This document shows, piece by piece, positions 38,496 to 50,152 of a DNA stretch of 64,000 nt. The stretch comes from Raja brachyura (lineage: Eukaryota), in the NCBI GenBank assembly GCA_963514005.1, contig OY740801.1:38440001-38504000 (forward strand), read 5' to 3'. Within the stretch, counting starts at the first letter, position 1; the number at the start of each line of letters is the position of its first letter. Below the pieces are notes generated by a model. It was not told where the DNA came from and made no database searches. It saw only the letters and a list, made by a program, of their open reading frames with translations. Made by a program: the position numbers and the translations under genes.

Positions 38496-39449
38496 CAAAC
38501 AATAGACAATAGGTGCAGGAGTAGGCCCTTCGGCCCTTCGAGCTAGTACCGCCATTCAATGTGATCATGGCTGATCATCCCCAATCAGTACCCCGATCCT
38601 GCCTTCTCCCCATATCCCTTGACTCCTTTATCTTTAAGAGCCCTATCTAGCTCTCTCTTGAAAGTATCCAGAGAACCTGCCTCCACCGCCCTCTGAGGCA
38701 GAGAACTCCACAGACTCACAACTCTCTGTGAGAAAAAGTGTTTCCTCGTCTCCGTTCTAAATGACTTACCCCTTATTCTTAAACTGTGGCCCCTGGTTCT
38801 GGACTCCCCCAACACCGAGAACATGTTCCCTGCCTCTAGCGTGTCCAAACCATTAATAATCTAATATGTTTCAATGAGATATCCTCTCATCCTTCTAAAC
38901 TCCAGAGTATACAAGCCCAGCCGATCCATTCTCTCAGCATATGACAGTCCCACCATCCCGTGAATTAACATGTAAACCTATGCTGTACTCCCTCAATAGC
39001 AAGAATGTCCTTCCTCAAATTAGGGGACCAAAACTGCACACAATACTCCAGGTGTGGTCTCACTTAGGCCCTAAACAACTGCAGAAGGACCTCTTTGCTC
39101 CTGTACTCAACTCCTCTTGTTATAAAAGCCAACATGCCATTCACTTTCTTCACTGCCTGCTGTACCTGCATGCTGACTTTCATTGATGAACAAGGACACC
39201 CAGATCTCATTGTACTTCCCCTTTTCCCAACTTGACACCATTTAGATAGCAATCTGCCATCCTGTGTGTTTAACCTCACATTTAGACACATTAAACTGCA
39301 TCTGCCATGCATCTGCACACTCACCCAACCTGTCCAAGTCACCCTGCATTCTCATAGCATCCTCCTCACAGTTGACACTGCCACCCAGCTTTGTGTCATC
39401 TGCAAATTTGCTAATTACTTTGAATCCCTTCATCTAAATCATTCATGTA
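38496..39449 (-). mobile_element. CR1 3' fragment
   Basis: ISKFADDTKLGG, TRGHSL and the CR1 3'UTR. Confidence 0.9.
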
Positions 39450-40842
39450 CAGTGCATTCAGAAAGTATTCAGATCCCTTCACTTTTCCACATTTTGTTAA
39501 GTTTCAGCCTTATTCAAAAATGGACTAAATTCTTTTTTTTTTTAATCATCAATCTACACACAATACACCATAATAAAAAAGCAAAAACAGGTGTTTAGAA
39601 ATATTTGCAAAGTAATTAAAAAGAAATAACTGAAATATTACATTTACATAAGTATTCAGACCCTTTACTCAGTATTTTGTTGAGGCACCTTTGGCAGCGA
39701 ATACAGCCTCAAGTCTTCTTGGGTATGACTCTACAAGCTTGGCACACCTATATTTGGGTAATTTCTCCCATTCTTCTCTGCAGATCCTCTCAAGCTCTGT
39801 CAGGTTGGATGGGGAGCATCGTTGCACAGCTATTTTCAGGATCCTCCAGAGATGTTTGATTGGGTTCAAGTCCGGACTCTGGCTGGGCCACTCAAGGACA
39901 TTCACAGACTTGTCATGAAGCCACTCCTGCGTTGTACTGGCTGTGTGCTTAGGGTCGTGGTCCTGTTGGAAGGTGAACCTCCGCCCCAGTCTGAGGTCCA
40001 GAACGCTCTGGAGCAGATTTTCATCAAGGATCTCTCTGTACTTTGCTCCGTTCATCTTTCCCTTGATCATGACTAGTCTCCCAGTTCCTGCCGCTGAAAA
40101 AACATCCCACAGCATGATGCTGCCACCACCATGCTTCACCATAGGTATGGTATTGGCCAGATGATGAGCGGTGCCTGGTTTCCTCCAGACGTGATGCTAG
40201 GCATTCAGGCCAAAGAGTTCAATCTTGTTTTCATCAGAATAGAGAATCTTGTTTCTCAGACCTTTTGGCAAACTCCAAGCGGGCAGTCGTGTCTTTTACT
40301 GAGGAGTGGCTTCCGTCTGGCCACTCTACCATAAAGGCCTGATTGGTGGAGTGCTGCAGATATAGTTGTCCTTCTGGAAGGTTCTCCCATCTCCACAGAG
40401 GAACCCTGGAGCTCTGTCAGAGTGATCATCGGGTTCTTCGTCATCTCCCTAACCAAGGCCCTTCTCCCCCGATTGCTCAGTTTGGCCAGGCCTATGAAGA
40501 GTCCTGGTTGTTCCAAAGTTCTTCCATTTAAGAATGACGGAGGCCACTGTGCTCTTCGAGACCTGCAATACTGCAGAAATAGTTTTATACCCTTCCCCAG
40601 ATCTGTGTCTCAGCATAATCCTGTCTCAGAGGTCTACGGCCAATTCCTTTGTCTTCAGGGTTGGTTTTTGCTCTGCCATGCACTGTCAACTGTGCGACCT
40701 TATATAGACAGGTGCGTGCCTTTCCAAATCATGTCCAATCAATTTAATTTACCACTGGTGGACTCCAATCAAGTTGTAGAAACATCTCAAGGATAGTCAA
40801 TAGAAACAGGATGAACATTAGCTAATTTTGAGTGTCATAGCA
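39450..40842 (-). mobile_element. Second Tc1 copy of the same family; one TIR deleted
   Basis: TA followed by the CAGTGCATTCAGAAAGTATTCAG TIR. ORF 39669-40142 reads KHGGGSIMLW...QQDHDPKH...WPSQSPDLNPI...GASTKY. Truncated near 40842. Confidence 0.95.
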
Positions 40843-41959
40843 TAGCTGATACCACTCGACCAGCTCTCCTTGTTCCCGGCTGAACTCATGAGGAACTACC
40901 TTGGGCCTCCTGCCCTTCTTCACCTCCTCCTGGACAGTGGACACATTAGAGACAATGGAGGCATCAGAGTCCTGAACATCATCTGATGATAGGTCAGGAT
41001 CAGCAGCAGTACCTGTAGTCTTGGCAGGACAGCTAGTCCGGCTGGGGTGGTGGTGGGGATCCAAGCCATCTCCCTGGTCTCCACCTGAGCTTCCTCCTCC
41101 TGGGCCTCCTCCACATGGGTCTCCTCAATCTTCACCTGCCCGGTGGGTGGGGATGGGGGTTGGGCCTTGCCCTGGGGCTGCCCCTTCCTTCTCCTTGGAT
41201 CCATGTTGCACTATACAATGTCCCCAACACAAAATGCACAATGTCCACACACTATAGTCGCCTGATCACATGGAGCGTTTCCCACGGAAGCGCCACTGTC
41301 GTAGCCTGGCGTAGCTAGTCGCGTCAACTGGAGCCGATGGTCACCAGCTGTCGTAGGTTGTCGCCGGTATGTCTGTAGCTTGTCGTCGGCATGGTCATAC
41401 ATTGTTGTAGATAGTTGGAAAACCCATACCTCCAGATTCAGGGACAGTTTCTACCCAGCGGTAATCAGGCAACCGAACAATCCTCTCATTACCTGGAGTG
41501 CAATCCTGACCTCTCATGCACCTTATTGGAGATATTTGAACTGCTTTATTTGGACTTTATCTTGCACTAAATGTACCCATGATCCTTTACCTGCACACTG
41601 TGGCCGGCTTGACTGTAATCATGTGTAATTTTTTTTACTGGATATCAAGCAAACAAAAGCTTTTCACTGTAACTCACCATTCATGATAATAAACCAAAAA
41701 CAGAATAAAACTGACTGCAGATGCTGGAATCTTGGGGGGGGGGGGGGAGTATATGACTCTGTAACTTGCATCACCGTGTACTTATTTTTGTTGCTGTTTT
41801 ACTGCTTCTATGTGACTTTGCTCTTATTTGTAAGCCGACTCAATGCAGGATACATTTTAAACATTGAGATGTAAAGCTTCCACCTGCATTACCAGGTGTG
41901 GTGAAACACGTGTCTATTGTTTCAGTATTAACCAAAGATCATAGCGCTTTGGTATTAAC

Positions 41960-42141
41960 AACATTGGGTAAGTTTGGTTCTGAGCTGCGAACCGCTGTTA
42001 CTTCCGGGGTTGTGAAGTTACAGGCGGTGAAATCACATGTTGCAAGTCTGCCAGCCGCGGGCTCCAGTGTATCAGACGGTGACACCAAACCAGGTGCTGC
42101 TGAATCAAGTGCATCTGCAGGGAAGACGCTAATTCTCCGAC
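41960..42141 (+). promoter_or_regulatory. Putative promoter/5'UTR of the MFSD1-like gene
   Basis: Local CpG enrichment and an ETS/GABP-type ACTTCCGG near 42000, upstream of the ATG. Confidence 0.5.
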
Positions 42142-42163
42142 ATGAGCCAGCCAGCAGAAAGAG
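42142..42163 (+). CDS. MFSD1-like MFS transporter, coding exon 1 (MSQPAER + first base of Ala)
   Basis: ATG AGC CAG CCA GCA GAA AGA G|gtcagc. Phase 1 joins exon 2 (G|CC). It lies downstream of a CpG-containing region with an ETS motif. Confidence 0.75.
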
Positions 42164-42292
42164 GTCAGCATTAATTAGAACGCCTAAGATTTTTGTTTAA
42201 AAAGGAACTGCAGATGCTGGGAAAAAAACGAAGATAGGTTAAAATGCTGGAGAAACTTAGCGGGTGAGGCAGCATCCATGAGCGAAGGAATA

Positions 42293-42325
42293 GGTGACGT
42301 TTCGGGTCGCGACCCTTCTTCAGAA
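42293..42325 (-). ncRNA. Minimal type I hammerhead ribozyme motif in a Penelope pseudo-LTR copy
   Basis: The minus strand reads CTGAAGA-AGGGTCGCGACCC-GAAA-CGTC^ACC: intact CUGANGA/GAAA core, stem II GGGTC/GACCC, palindromic ACGT stem III and a GUC cleavage triplet. Confidence 0.65.
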
Positions 42326-45147
42326 TGCCTATATATTTCTCGTTGGTCGGAATGACTTTCTGTGCTATTAACTCTTAACAAAAAGGTATATCAGGAATGC
42401 ATGCGTGATTGAAGAGTATTGCTGAAATGACACAAGGAACTGCAGATGCTGGTATTGCAACAAAAAAAAGACACAGTGCTGGAGTAACTCAGCGGGGCCA
42501 GCAGCATCTCTGGAAAAAAGTGGATGAGTGTCATTTTGCTCCGGGGACCCTTCTTCAAGTGTCAATGTGCGGCACGCCGAATATCATTTAAATTCCTTGC
42601 AGTTGTGCGAGCACCTGCTTTCAACTTTACTTTTTTTTAAATTCTCTATTTACGGGGTGACAGGATTTAAGAATTTAGGATGGATTCCTTTAATCTGCAC
42701 ACACGCAGTCCTGAACAAAGTCCAGTCAAACCGCACTTCCAATGGAAAACCAACGTTCAGTTAGAATTGCAGCTTGCTTTATAACACAGCAGATAACATT
42801 TACAGAACAGTAGATAATGGCAACAGTCCCAAGATTTGATTTTTTTTTTATAAACAAAAGTAAGGAATACAGAAATAATAATCTTTACCATTGGTCACCT
42901 AATTAGCAAGCAGCCATCATCTTTGTGGACTTTATGCTGCTGTTTTACTTCTTGTATATTAATTTGCACTTTTATTTTAAGATGACTCTGTAGAAGGCAT
43001 TTTAAACACCAAGAGAGAGAGTCTTTATTGTCATGTGTCCCAGATAGAACAATGACAATCTTACTTGCTGCAGCACAACAGAATATGTATTATATACACT
43101 GAAAACAATCTGATAAGAGGGAAAAAAAGAAAAAAACAAGTTCAGTGTGTATAAATGCACACAAATACACACACACATATATATACACATACTCAAAAAA
43201 CAAACTATAGTAGTGCAATAATTATAATAATAGTCTATTGTAGTTCAAAGCTTATTGGAGGTTATAACATTTAATAAGCCAATGGCTGTAGGGAAGAAGC
43301 TGTTCCTGAACCTGGACGTTACAGTTTTCAGGCTCCTGTACTCGCTTCCTGATAGCAGAGGTGAAATGAGTGTGTGGCCAGGATGGTGTGGGTCTCTGAT
43401 GATGCTGGCTGCCTTGTTGAACAGCGATTCTGATAAATCACCCACCGTGGCGACTGGGACCCAACAGGCCCCACTTAGTCTAGTCAAAACTTTTTGTCTG
43501 AATGTTTAATTGCTAGAACTGCCAGACTGTTCTCAAGGGTCACAGCAAGCCAGACACCAAGTGCTGCTGGAAGATCGTAGACTTGGTGAAAGACGCACTT
43601 GGATCTGCCCAATATTTGTTGGTCTTCCAATACCACAAGATGCCCACGAGTGAACGTTACCACATGGCATTTTCCAAGCTGCAGGAGTACATGCTGAGAG
43701 ATGCGTTGAAGCATGATGTCGCCAACAAGGCTTTGTGTGGAAAGACTATTTTACGGCTCTGTTGCCGTGAGTCATTGAGCTCAGGATACTTCCGGTTTCC
43801 AGCCCCGCGACGTGGATGCTTCTGCAATGGGGCCTGTGCTGAGGTAACTCAGCGGGACAGGCAGCGTCTCTGGTGAACATGGATAGGTAATGTTTCAGAT
43901 CTGAACCTTCCTTTGGGTGAAGAAGAGTCCTGAGCCGAAACATCACCTATCCATGTTTTCTTGTGTTGAGTTACCACAGGACTTTGTCCTTTTAAATAAA
44001 CCAGCATTATGGACTATCTTTGATCGGACTTTACTGGCTTTACTTTGCACTAAACGTTATTCCCTTTTCATGTATCTATACTGTAAATGGCTCGATTGTA
44101 ATCATGTATTGTCTTTCCGCTGACTGCTTAGCACGCAACAAAAGCTTTTCACTGTACCTCGGTACACGTGACAATAAACTAATCTGAACTGAACTGCAGT
44201 TCCTGCTGTCTCCATTTGTAAAACCAACACTATTCACATTGGAGCAACACACAATCTCCGCGGGATGAGTGACTGATGCAGGATTATAACTCCTTCCACC
44301 TCCCCCCCCCACCCCTGATGATTGTTGCTCTAGATTCCCGCCTCTGTTGTCCCTTCTGTTGCTATTAATCGGACCTTGCAATATACTATGTTGGAGTCTC
44401 CCCCTCAATCTGCCACAATGGTTTCGTATCTGCAATCAATGGTAATGTGACAGCACTCCTTTCTAACCTAAGAAATATAAATCCCCACATATATTTTGCA
44501 TTCACTGCAGTGAAAACTTCCCCTTTATTGGCATCTGCTGCTGGCCAGTTTCACATCACCGGCATTCAGCAGCAGTCATAACAATGGATAGTCACAGATA
44601 TGGAACGAGAAGACATTACTAAATTAACATGATGCAGAAAAATGGTAAATAAAACATTGCACCATATCCTTAATCTCAAAGTAGTAATTGCTGCATCATT
44701 AGTGCATGCTTCCAAATTCCTTAAATTTCTATTAAGGAAATTATAGTCTTATGTTCATAAAATTAATGATTTTAATATAGATTGATAAGCAAGAACTTGC
44801 AATGTAATTAAAAGTTTTCTCAAGTCTCTAGTAACTAAGTGGATGGTTCACAGGATATTTTAGAATGGAATTACTTTTAGTTTGTAAATTAAATTAGTTT
44901 GTAAACTCTGGTTGAAGAAGTCTGCAAAGAGCACAGTATAGAAATTGGTTAAGGTAAATCAGGTGTTAAAGAGCATGGGTACTGATCATTAACAAGGCTT
45001 TTTATTGGAACGAGTTTGGAAAGGAACACAAGAATGATAATGGGAAACAATGAGAGAGCACTTCACCTGAAGTTGGATGATTCAATGTTCAGCCTAGAAG
45101 GGAGCAAAGTGCCCAGGCTGCAGATCAGAACTGGTTGGGTTATTTGG

Positions 45148-45502
45148 CTTGGACAGGCTAGATGCAGGAAAAAAAGTTCCCGATGTTGGGGGAAGTCCAG
45201 AACCAGGGGTCATAGTTTAAGAATAAGGGGAGGCCACTTAGGACGGAGATGAGGAAAAACGTTTTCACCCAGAGAGTTGTGAATCTGTGGAATTCTCTGC
45301 CACAGAAGGCAGTGGAGGCCAATTCACTGGATGTTTTCAAGGGAGAGTATAGATCTTAGGGCTAATGGAATCAAGGGATATAGGGAGAAAGCAGGAACGG
45401 GGTACTGAATTAGGATGATCAGCCATGATCATATTGAATGGTGGTGCTGGCACGAAGGGCCAACTGATCTACTCCTGCACCTATTTTCTTTGTCTCTATG
45501 TT
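45148..45502 (+). mobile_element. CR1 3' fragment
   Basis: SRTRGHSLRIRG plus the CR1 3'UTR. Confidence 0.85.
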
Positions 45503-45673
45503 TTTTTTCCCAGGATTTTCTGTTTATATTCAGATTCCAGCACCTGCAGTTTTATTGATTTCCAAATAATGTGTTAAGTTGTTCTATAATTGACAATATT
45601 GCACATTGACAAAATGAATGTTACACCCATTCATTCTGTATGCTTTTTACACCCCACCCCTCTCATCTTTCAG

Positions 45674-45774
45674 CCTATTACAGGTTCCTGTTACTATTTT
45701 TCAACTGCCTGATGACTTTCGGATCCTATTTCTGCTTTGACATTCCCAGTGTGCTTCAGGAGCAGTTCCAGGGG
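45674..45774 (+). CDS. MFSD1-like transporter exon 2 (AYYRFLLLFFNCLMTFGSYFCFDIPSVLQEQFQG)
   Basis: The TM1 signature FGSYFCFDIPS resembles FGSYFCYDNP of MFSD1. Sites tttcag| and |gtgagt. Confidence 0.92.
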
Positions 45775-46602
45775 GTGAGTACTATATTGCCCACAGGATG
45801 AACTTGTTACCTAGTTAGTCACAAGAATGTGCAAATAACTTGCAACAAACCTGCTCTGTCTCCCTTTCCAAGGAACACTCTGCCTGCATGGTGCATTGGG
45901 CCTATAATATACGTCATATTCACTGTATGTTTACCAGCATGTAGTCGTGACGGCAAGACCTCCAGCTCAGGAACAGGCAGTTCAGCTCACCAAATCTACG
46001 GCATACATTGGGCACCTGTACACATTAGCCTTGCATTCTGCTGATATTATTCTGCTGATATTCATGTCCCCCTAGATATTACTACTCACCTCACCATTCA
46101 AGCCAATTTACGGTGGCCATTTAATCTATTAAGCGACAAACCAGACCAAATCCATACTATTACTGGGGAACTTGCAAACTCCACGCAGACAGCAACAGAG
46201 GTCACAATTGAACCCTCATTGCAGAGCTCCTTATCTCTTTGAATCAAAAACACAGAATACTCAAGAACCCTTGGCCTTCTTGTTTAAGCACCGATTGTTG
46301 TCAGGAGTGCACTGTCTGCCTGGTAATCATGTCATATAACAAGGTTTGGGATAGATTGTGTGCAGCCAGAGTCTCGTATTAATGTGACCTTACAAACGCA
46401 GCCACATGAGGGTGACAAGGGCTCAATAGAAACATAGAAAATAGGTGCAGGAGTAGGCCATTCGGCCCTTCAAGCCTGCACCGCCATTCAATATGATCAT
46501 GGCTGATCATCCAACTCAGTATCCTGTACCTGCCTTCTCTCCATACCCCCTGATCCCTTTAGCCACAAGGGCCACATCTAACTCCCTCTTAAATATAGTA
46601 AA

Positions 46603-47427
46603 TTAACTGGCCTCAACTACCTTCTGTGGCAGAGAATTCCAGAGGCTCATCACTCTCTGTGTGAAAAAAGTTTTCCTCATCTCGTTCCTAAAGGAATTCC
46701 CCCTTATCCTTAGACTGTGACCCCTTGTTCTGGACCTCCCCAACATTGAGAACAATCTTCCTGCATCTAGCCTATCCAACCCCTTAAGAATTTTATAAGT
46801 TTCTATAAGATCCCTCCTCAGTCTTCTAAATTCTAGCGAGTACAAGCCAAGTCTATCCAGTCTTTCCTCATATGAAAGTTCTGACATCCCAGGAATCAGT
46901 CTGGTGAACTTTCTCTGTACCACCTCTATGGCAAGAATGTCTTTTTTCAGATTTGGAGACCAAAACTGTACGCAATACTCCAGGTGTGGTCTCACCAAAA
47001 CCCTGTACAACTGCAGTAGAACCTCCCTGCTCCTATACTCAAATCCTTTTGCTATGAATGCTAACATACCATTTGCGTTCTTCACTGCCTGCGGCACCTG
47101 CATGCCTACTTTCAATGATTGGTGTACCATGACACCCAGGTCTCGTTGCATCTCCCCTTTTCCTAATTTGCCACCATTCAGATAATAGTCTACCCTCCTG
47201 TTTTTACCACCAAAGTGGATAATCTCACATTTATCCACATTATACTGCATCTGCCATGCATTTGCCCACTCACCCAGCCTATCCAAATCACCTTGCAGCT
47301 TCATAGCATCCTCCTCACACCTAACACTACCCCCCAGCTTAGTGTCATCCGCAAACTTGGAGATGTTGCATTCAATTCCCTCGTCCAAATCATTAATATA
47401 TATTGTAAATAACTGGGGTCCCAGCAC
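46603..47427 (-). CDS. CR1 ORF2 reverse transcriptase C-terminal fragment
   Basis: [33 protein letters not shown] and TRGHSL. Confidence 0.8.
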   Translation of the reverse strand: MLGPQLFTIYINDLDEGIECNISKFADDTKLGGSVRCEEDAMKLQGDLDRLGEWANAWQMQYNVDKCEIIHFGGKNRRVDYYLNGGKLGKGEMQRDLGVMVHQSLKVGMQVPQAVKNANGMLAFIAKGFEYRSREVLLQLYRVLVRPHLEYCVQFWSPNLKKDILAIEVVQRKFTRLIPGMSELSYEERLDRLGLYSLEFRRLRRDLIETYKILKGLDRLDAGRLFSMLGRSRTRGHSLRIRGNSFRNEMRKTFFTQRVMSLWNSLPQKVVEAS

Positions 47428-48354
47428 TAGTCACTGCCTGCCATTCTGAAAAGGGTCAGTTTACTCCTACCCTTTGCTTCCTGTCTGCCAGCCAGTTCTC
47501 TATCCACATCAATACTGAATCCCCAATACCATGTGCTTTAAGTTTGTATATGCTAATCTCTTATGTGGGACCTGGTTCTCCCTTATCCACTCTGCTAGTT
47601 ACATCCTCGAAAAATTCTATAAGATTCGTCAGACATGATTTACCTTTCATAAATCCATGCTGACTTTGTCTAATGATTTCACCACTTTCCAAATGTACTG
47701 CTATCCCATCTTTAATAACTGACTCTAGCAGTTTCTCCACTACCGATGTTAGACTAACTGGTCTGTAATTCCCTGTTTTCTCTCCCCCTCTTTTTTTTAA
47801 AAAGTGGGGTTACATTAGCTACCCTCCAATCCTCAGGAATTACTCCAGAATCTAAGGAGTTTTGAAAAAATTATCACTAATGTATTAATTATTCTGTGGC
47901 TACTTCCTTGAGTACTCTGGGATGCAGACTATCTGGCCCTGGGGATTTATCGGCCTTTAATCCATTCAATTTACCCAACACCACTTCCCGGCTAACCTGG
48001 ATTTCACTCAGTTCCTCCACCTTATTTGACCCCCGGTCCCCTGCTATTTCCGGCAGATTATTTATGTCTTCCTTAGTGAAGACAGAACCAAAGTAGTTAT
48101 TCAATTGGTCTGCCATGTCCTTGTTCCCCATGATCAATTCACCTGTTTCTGACTGCAAGGGGCCTACATTTGTTTTAACTGAATATCCCTGGATGTTCAG
48201 CTCCCAGCCTTGGCCCCCCTGGAGCCATGTCTCCGTGATCCCAACTATAGCATAGTCATTAATAGCTATCTGCACATTCAACTCATCCACCTTATTACGA
48301 ATGCTCCTTGCATTGAGACACAAAGCCTTCAGACTTGTTTTTACAACACTCTTA

Positions 48355-48942
48355 AGGGCCTGTCCCACCAGCATGCAACTCGATGCAATTAGCGCGACCT
48401 AACGTGGTCGCTTGAGCCGTCCGGCGTCGCGGGGCCGGTCCCACTTCGATCGCCGGAGCCGTGCGGAATTGTGCGGAGTTCGTCCCGAGTTCGTCCCGAC
48501 GCCGCGCGGGGCTCCGAAAAACCGACAATGTCCAAAAATCCCGCGCGGCAACGGTTTGTCGGCTCGCAGTCGCCGCGACATTTACACACCGCCCGGACAT
48601 CGTGCCTCCGTGAAACTATTTGTAAGTGCCTCCGTGACCCTCTATGTGTGTGGCTCCGTGGCCCTGTATGTGTGTGTGTCTCGGTGCCCCTCTCTGTGTG
48701 CCCCTCTAAGTCCTGGCGAACTTACCTTGGACTTGCTTCAAGTTCGCCTCGCTTTGCGCCGCGTTGCGCCACTCACCCAACCTCCGCGCGGCCCCTACTG
48801 CCGGTTTAGTTGCGCTTGCCGCATGCAGGCGCATGCTGGTGGGACCGGCCCTGTACAGGGGATCACCCGACCTCCGCGCGGCCCCCGCTGCCGGTTTGAT
48901 CGCGTTCATCGCATATAGTTGCGTGCTGGTGGGACAGGCCCT
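48355..48942. mobile_element. Non-autonomous Harbinger/PIF element (MITE)
   Basis: 26-bp TIRs AGGGCCTGTCCCACCAGCATGCAACT / AGTTGCGTGCTGGTGGGACAGGCCCT (1 mismatch) with a TTA target duplication. Inserted at the CR1 ORF1/ORF2 junction. Confidence 0.92.
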
Positions 48943-49273
48943 TTACTCCTTTTACAATTATGTTGACAAGTGGCCCCTTTTGATTTTTGCCCTGGAAACC
49001 CACCACCTCTTATTCTCTGTTTATTTTTTTTTTCTTCTTTCCCCCCCTACATGTTGGGTCTGTGTGCTTCCCTTCTCTGCCTCCTGCCTCAGACCCTGTC
49101 TACTGGCTTTCTCTATTTGAGTCCCTCCCCCCAACCATTCTAGTTTAAAGTCCCCCCCGGTAGCGTTTGCAAATTTCCGTGCCAGGATACTGGTCCCCCT
49201 CGGGTTCATGTGCAACCTTTTTATACAGGTCACTCCTTCCCCAAAAGAGGTTCCATTGATCCAGAAACTTCAA

Positions 49274-50152
49274 TCAGTCCTTCAGCCAGGCATTTATCCT
49301 CCACCTTGCTCCATTCCTACTCTCACTGTCGCGTGGCACAGGAAGTAATCCTGAGATTGTTATCTTTGCGGTTCTTTTCCTTAACTCTCTTACTAACTCC
49401 CTAAATTCTCCTTTCAGGATCTCTTCTCTTTTCTTACCTATGTCATTGCTACCAATGTGTACCACGACCTCAGGCTCCTCTCCCTCCCTTTTCAGGATGT
49501 CTTCGACACGTTCAGCCACATCCCGGACCCTGGCACCAGGGAAGCAAACTATCATCCAGGTCTCCGGACTGCATCCACAGAATCGCCAATCTGACCCCCT
49601 AACTATAGAGTCCCCTATTACTAATGCCCTCTTCTTTTCCTTACCCTTCTGAGCAACAGGGCCAGTGTCTGTACCACAGGCCAGGTCGCTGTTGCTACCC
49701 CCAGGTAGGCTGTCCCCCCCAACAGCACTCAAACAGGAGTACTTATTTCCAAGGTGTACAGCCACTGGTGTACTCTCTAGCGCCCGCCTCTGCCCCTTGC
49801 CTCTCCTAACTGTGACCCATGTGTCTGCCTCCTGTGGTTTTGGAGAGACTACCTCCCTGTAACTCCTGTCTATGACTTCCTCACTCTCCCTGACCAGACG
49901 GAGGTCATCGAGCTGCTGCTCCTGGTTCCTAACACACTCCTTTAGGAGCCCCATCTCGACGCACCTGGTGCAGATGTGGATGTCTGGAGGGCTAGCCGAC
50001 TCCATGATCTCCCACATCTGACATCCGGAACAGTAAGCTGCCCTGGCACTCATACTCCCCCTTACCCTAGATACAACACAAAATACAATATACAATAGAA
50101 AAATACAATACAAAGTACAGTACACTACAAACTGCTGGAATCTGACTGCCAA
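49274..50152 (-). CDS. CR1 ORF1 protein (zinc finger, coiled coil, GDSL/SGNH esterase)
   Basis: CSGCQMW...CTRC, VIGDSIVRG, CFPGARV and VHIGSND. Confidence 0.8.
   Translation of the reverse strand: MAVRFQQFVVYCTLYCIFLLYIVFCVVSRVRGSMSARAAYCSGCQMWEIMESASPPDIHICTRCVEMGLLKECVRNQEQQLDDLRLVRESEEVIDRSYREVVSPKPQEADTWVTVRRGKGQRRALESTPVAVHLGNKYSCLSAVGGDSLPGGSNSDLACGTDTGPVAQKGKEKKRALVIGDSIVRGSDWRFCGCSPETWMIVCFPGARVRDVAERVEDILKREGEEPEVVVHIGSNDIGKKREEILKGEFRELVRELRKRTAKITISGLLPVPRDSESRNGARWRINAWLKD

Larger units (their letters stand above)
36720..41420 (-). mobile_element. Harbinger/PIF-type element remnant with an intron-containing Myb/MADF-like gene, disrupted by nested CR1 and Tc1
   Basis: Inverted subterminal repeats ACGACAAGCTAC (about 36810-36910) and GTAGCTTGTCGT (about 41375). 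N-terminus at 41204-40843 (..FSREQGELVEWY). WFKSQRTRYGKLS..KSGSG..RQQWI at 38259-38100 is followed by a splice donor. Confidence 0.65.

Noticed and set aside
43785-43850. Alternative first coding exon of the MFSD1-like gene (ATG GGG CCT GTG CTG AG|gtaact after an ETS motif)
   Set aside because: Phase 2 does not fit exon 2 (phase 1), and the apparent donor is the edge of a Penelope pLTR copy.
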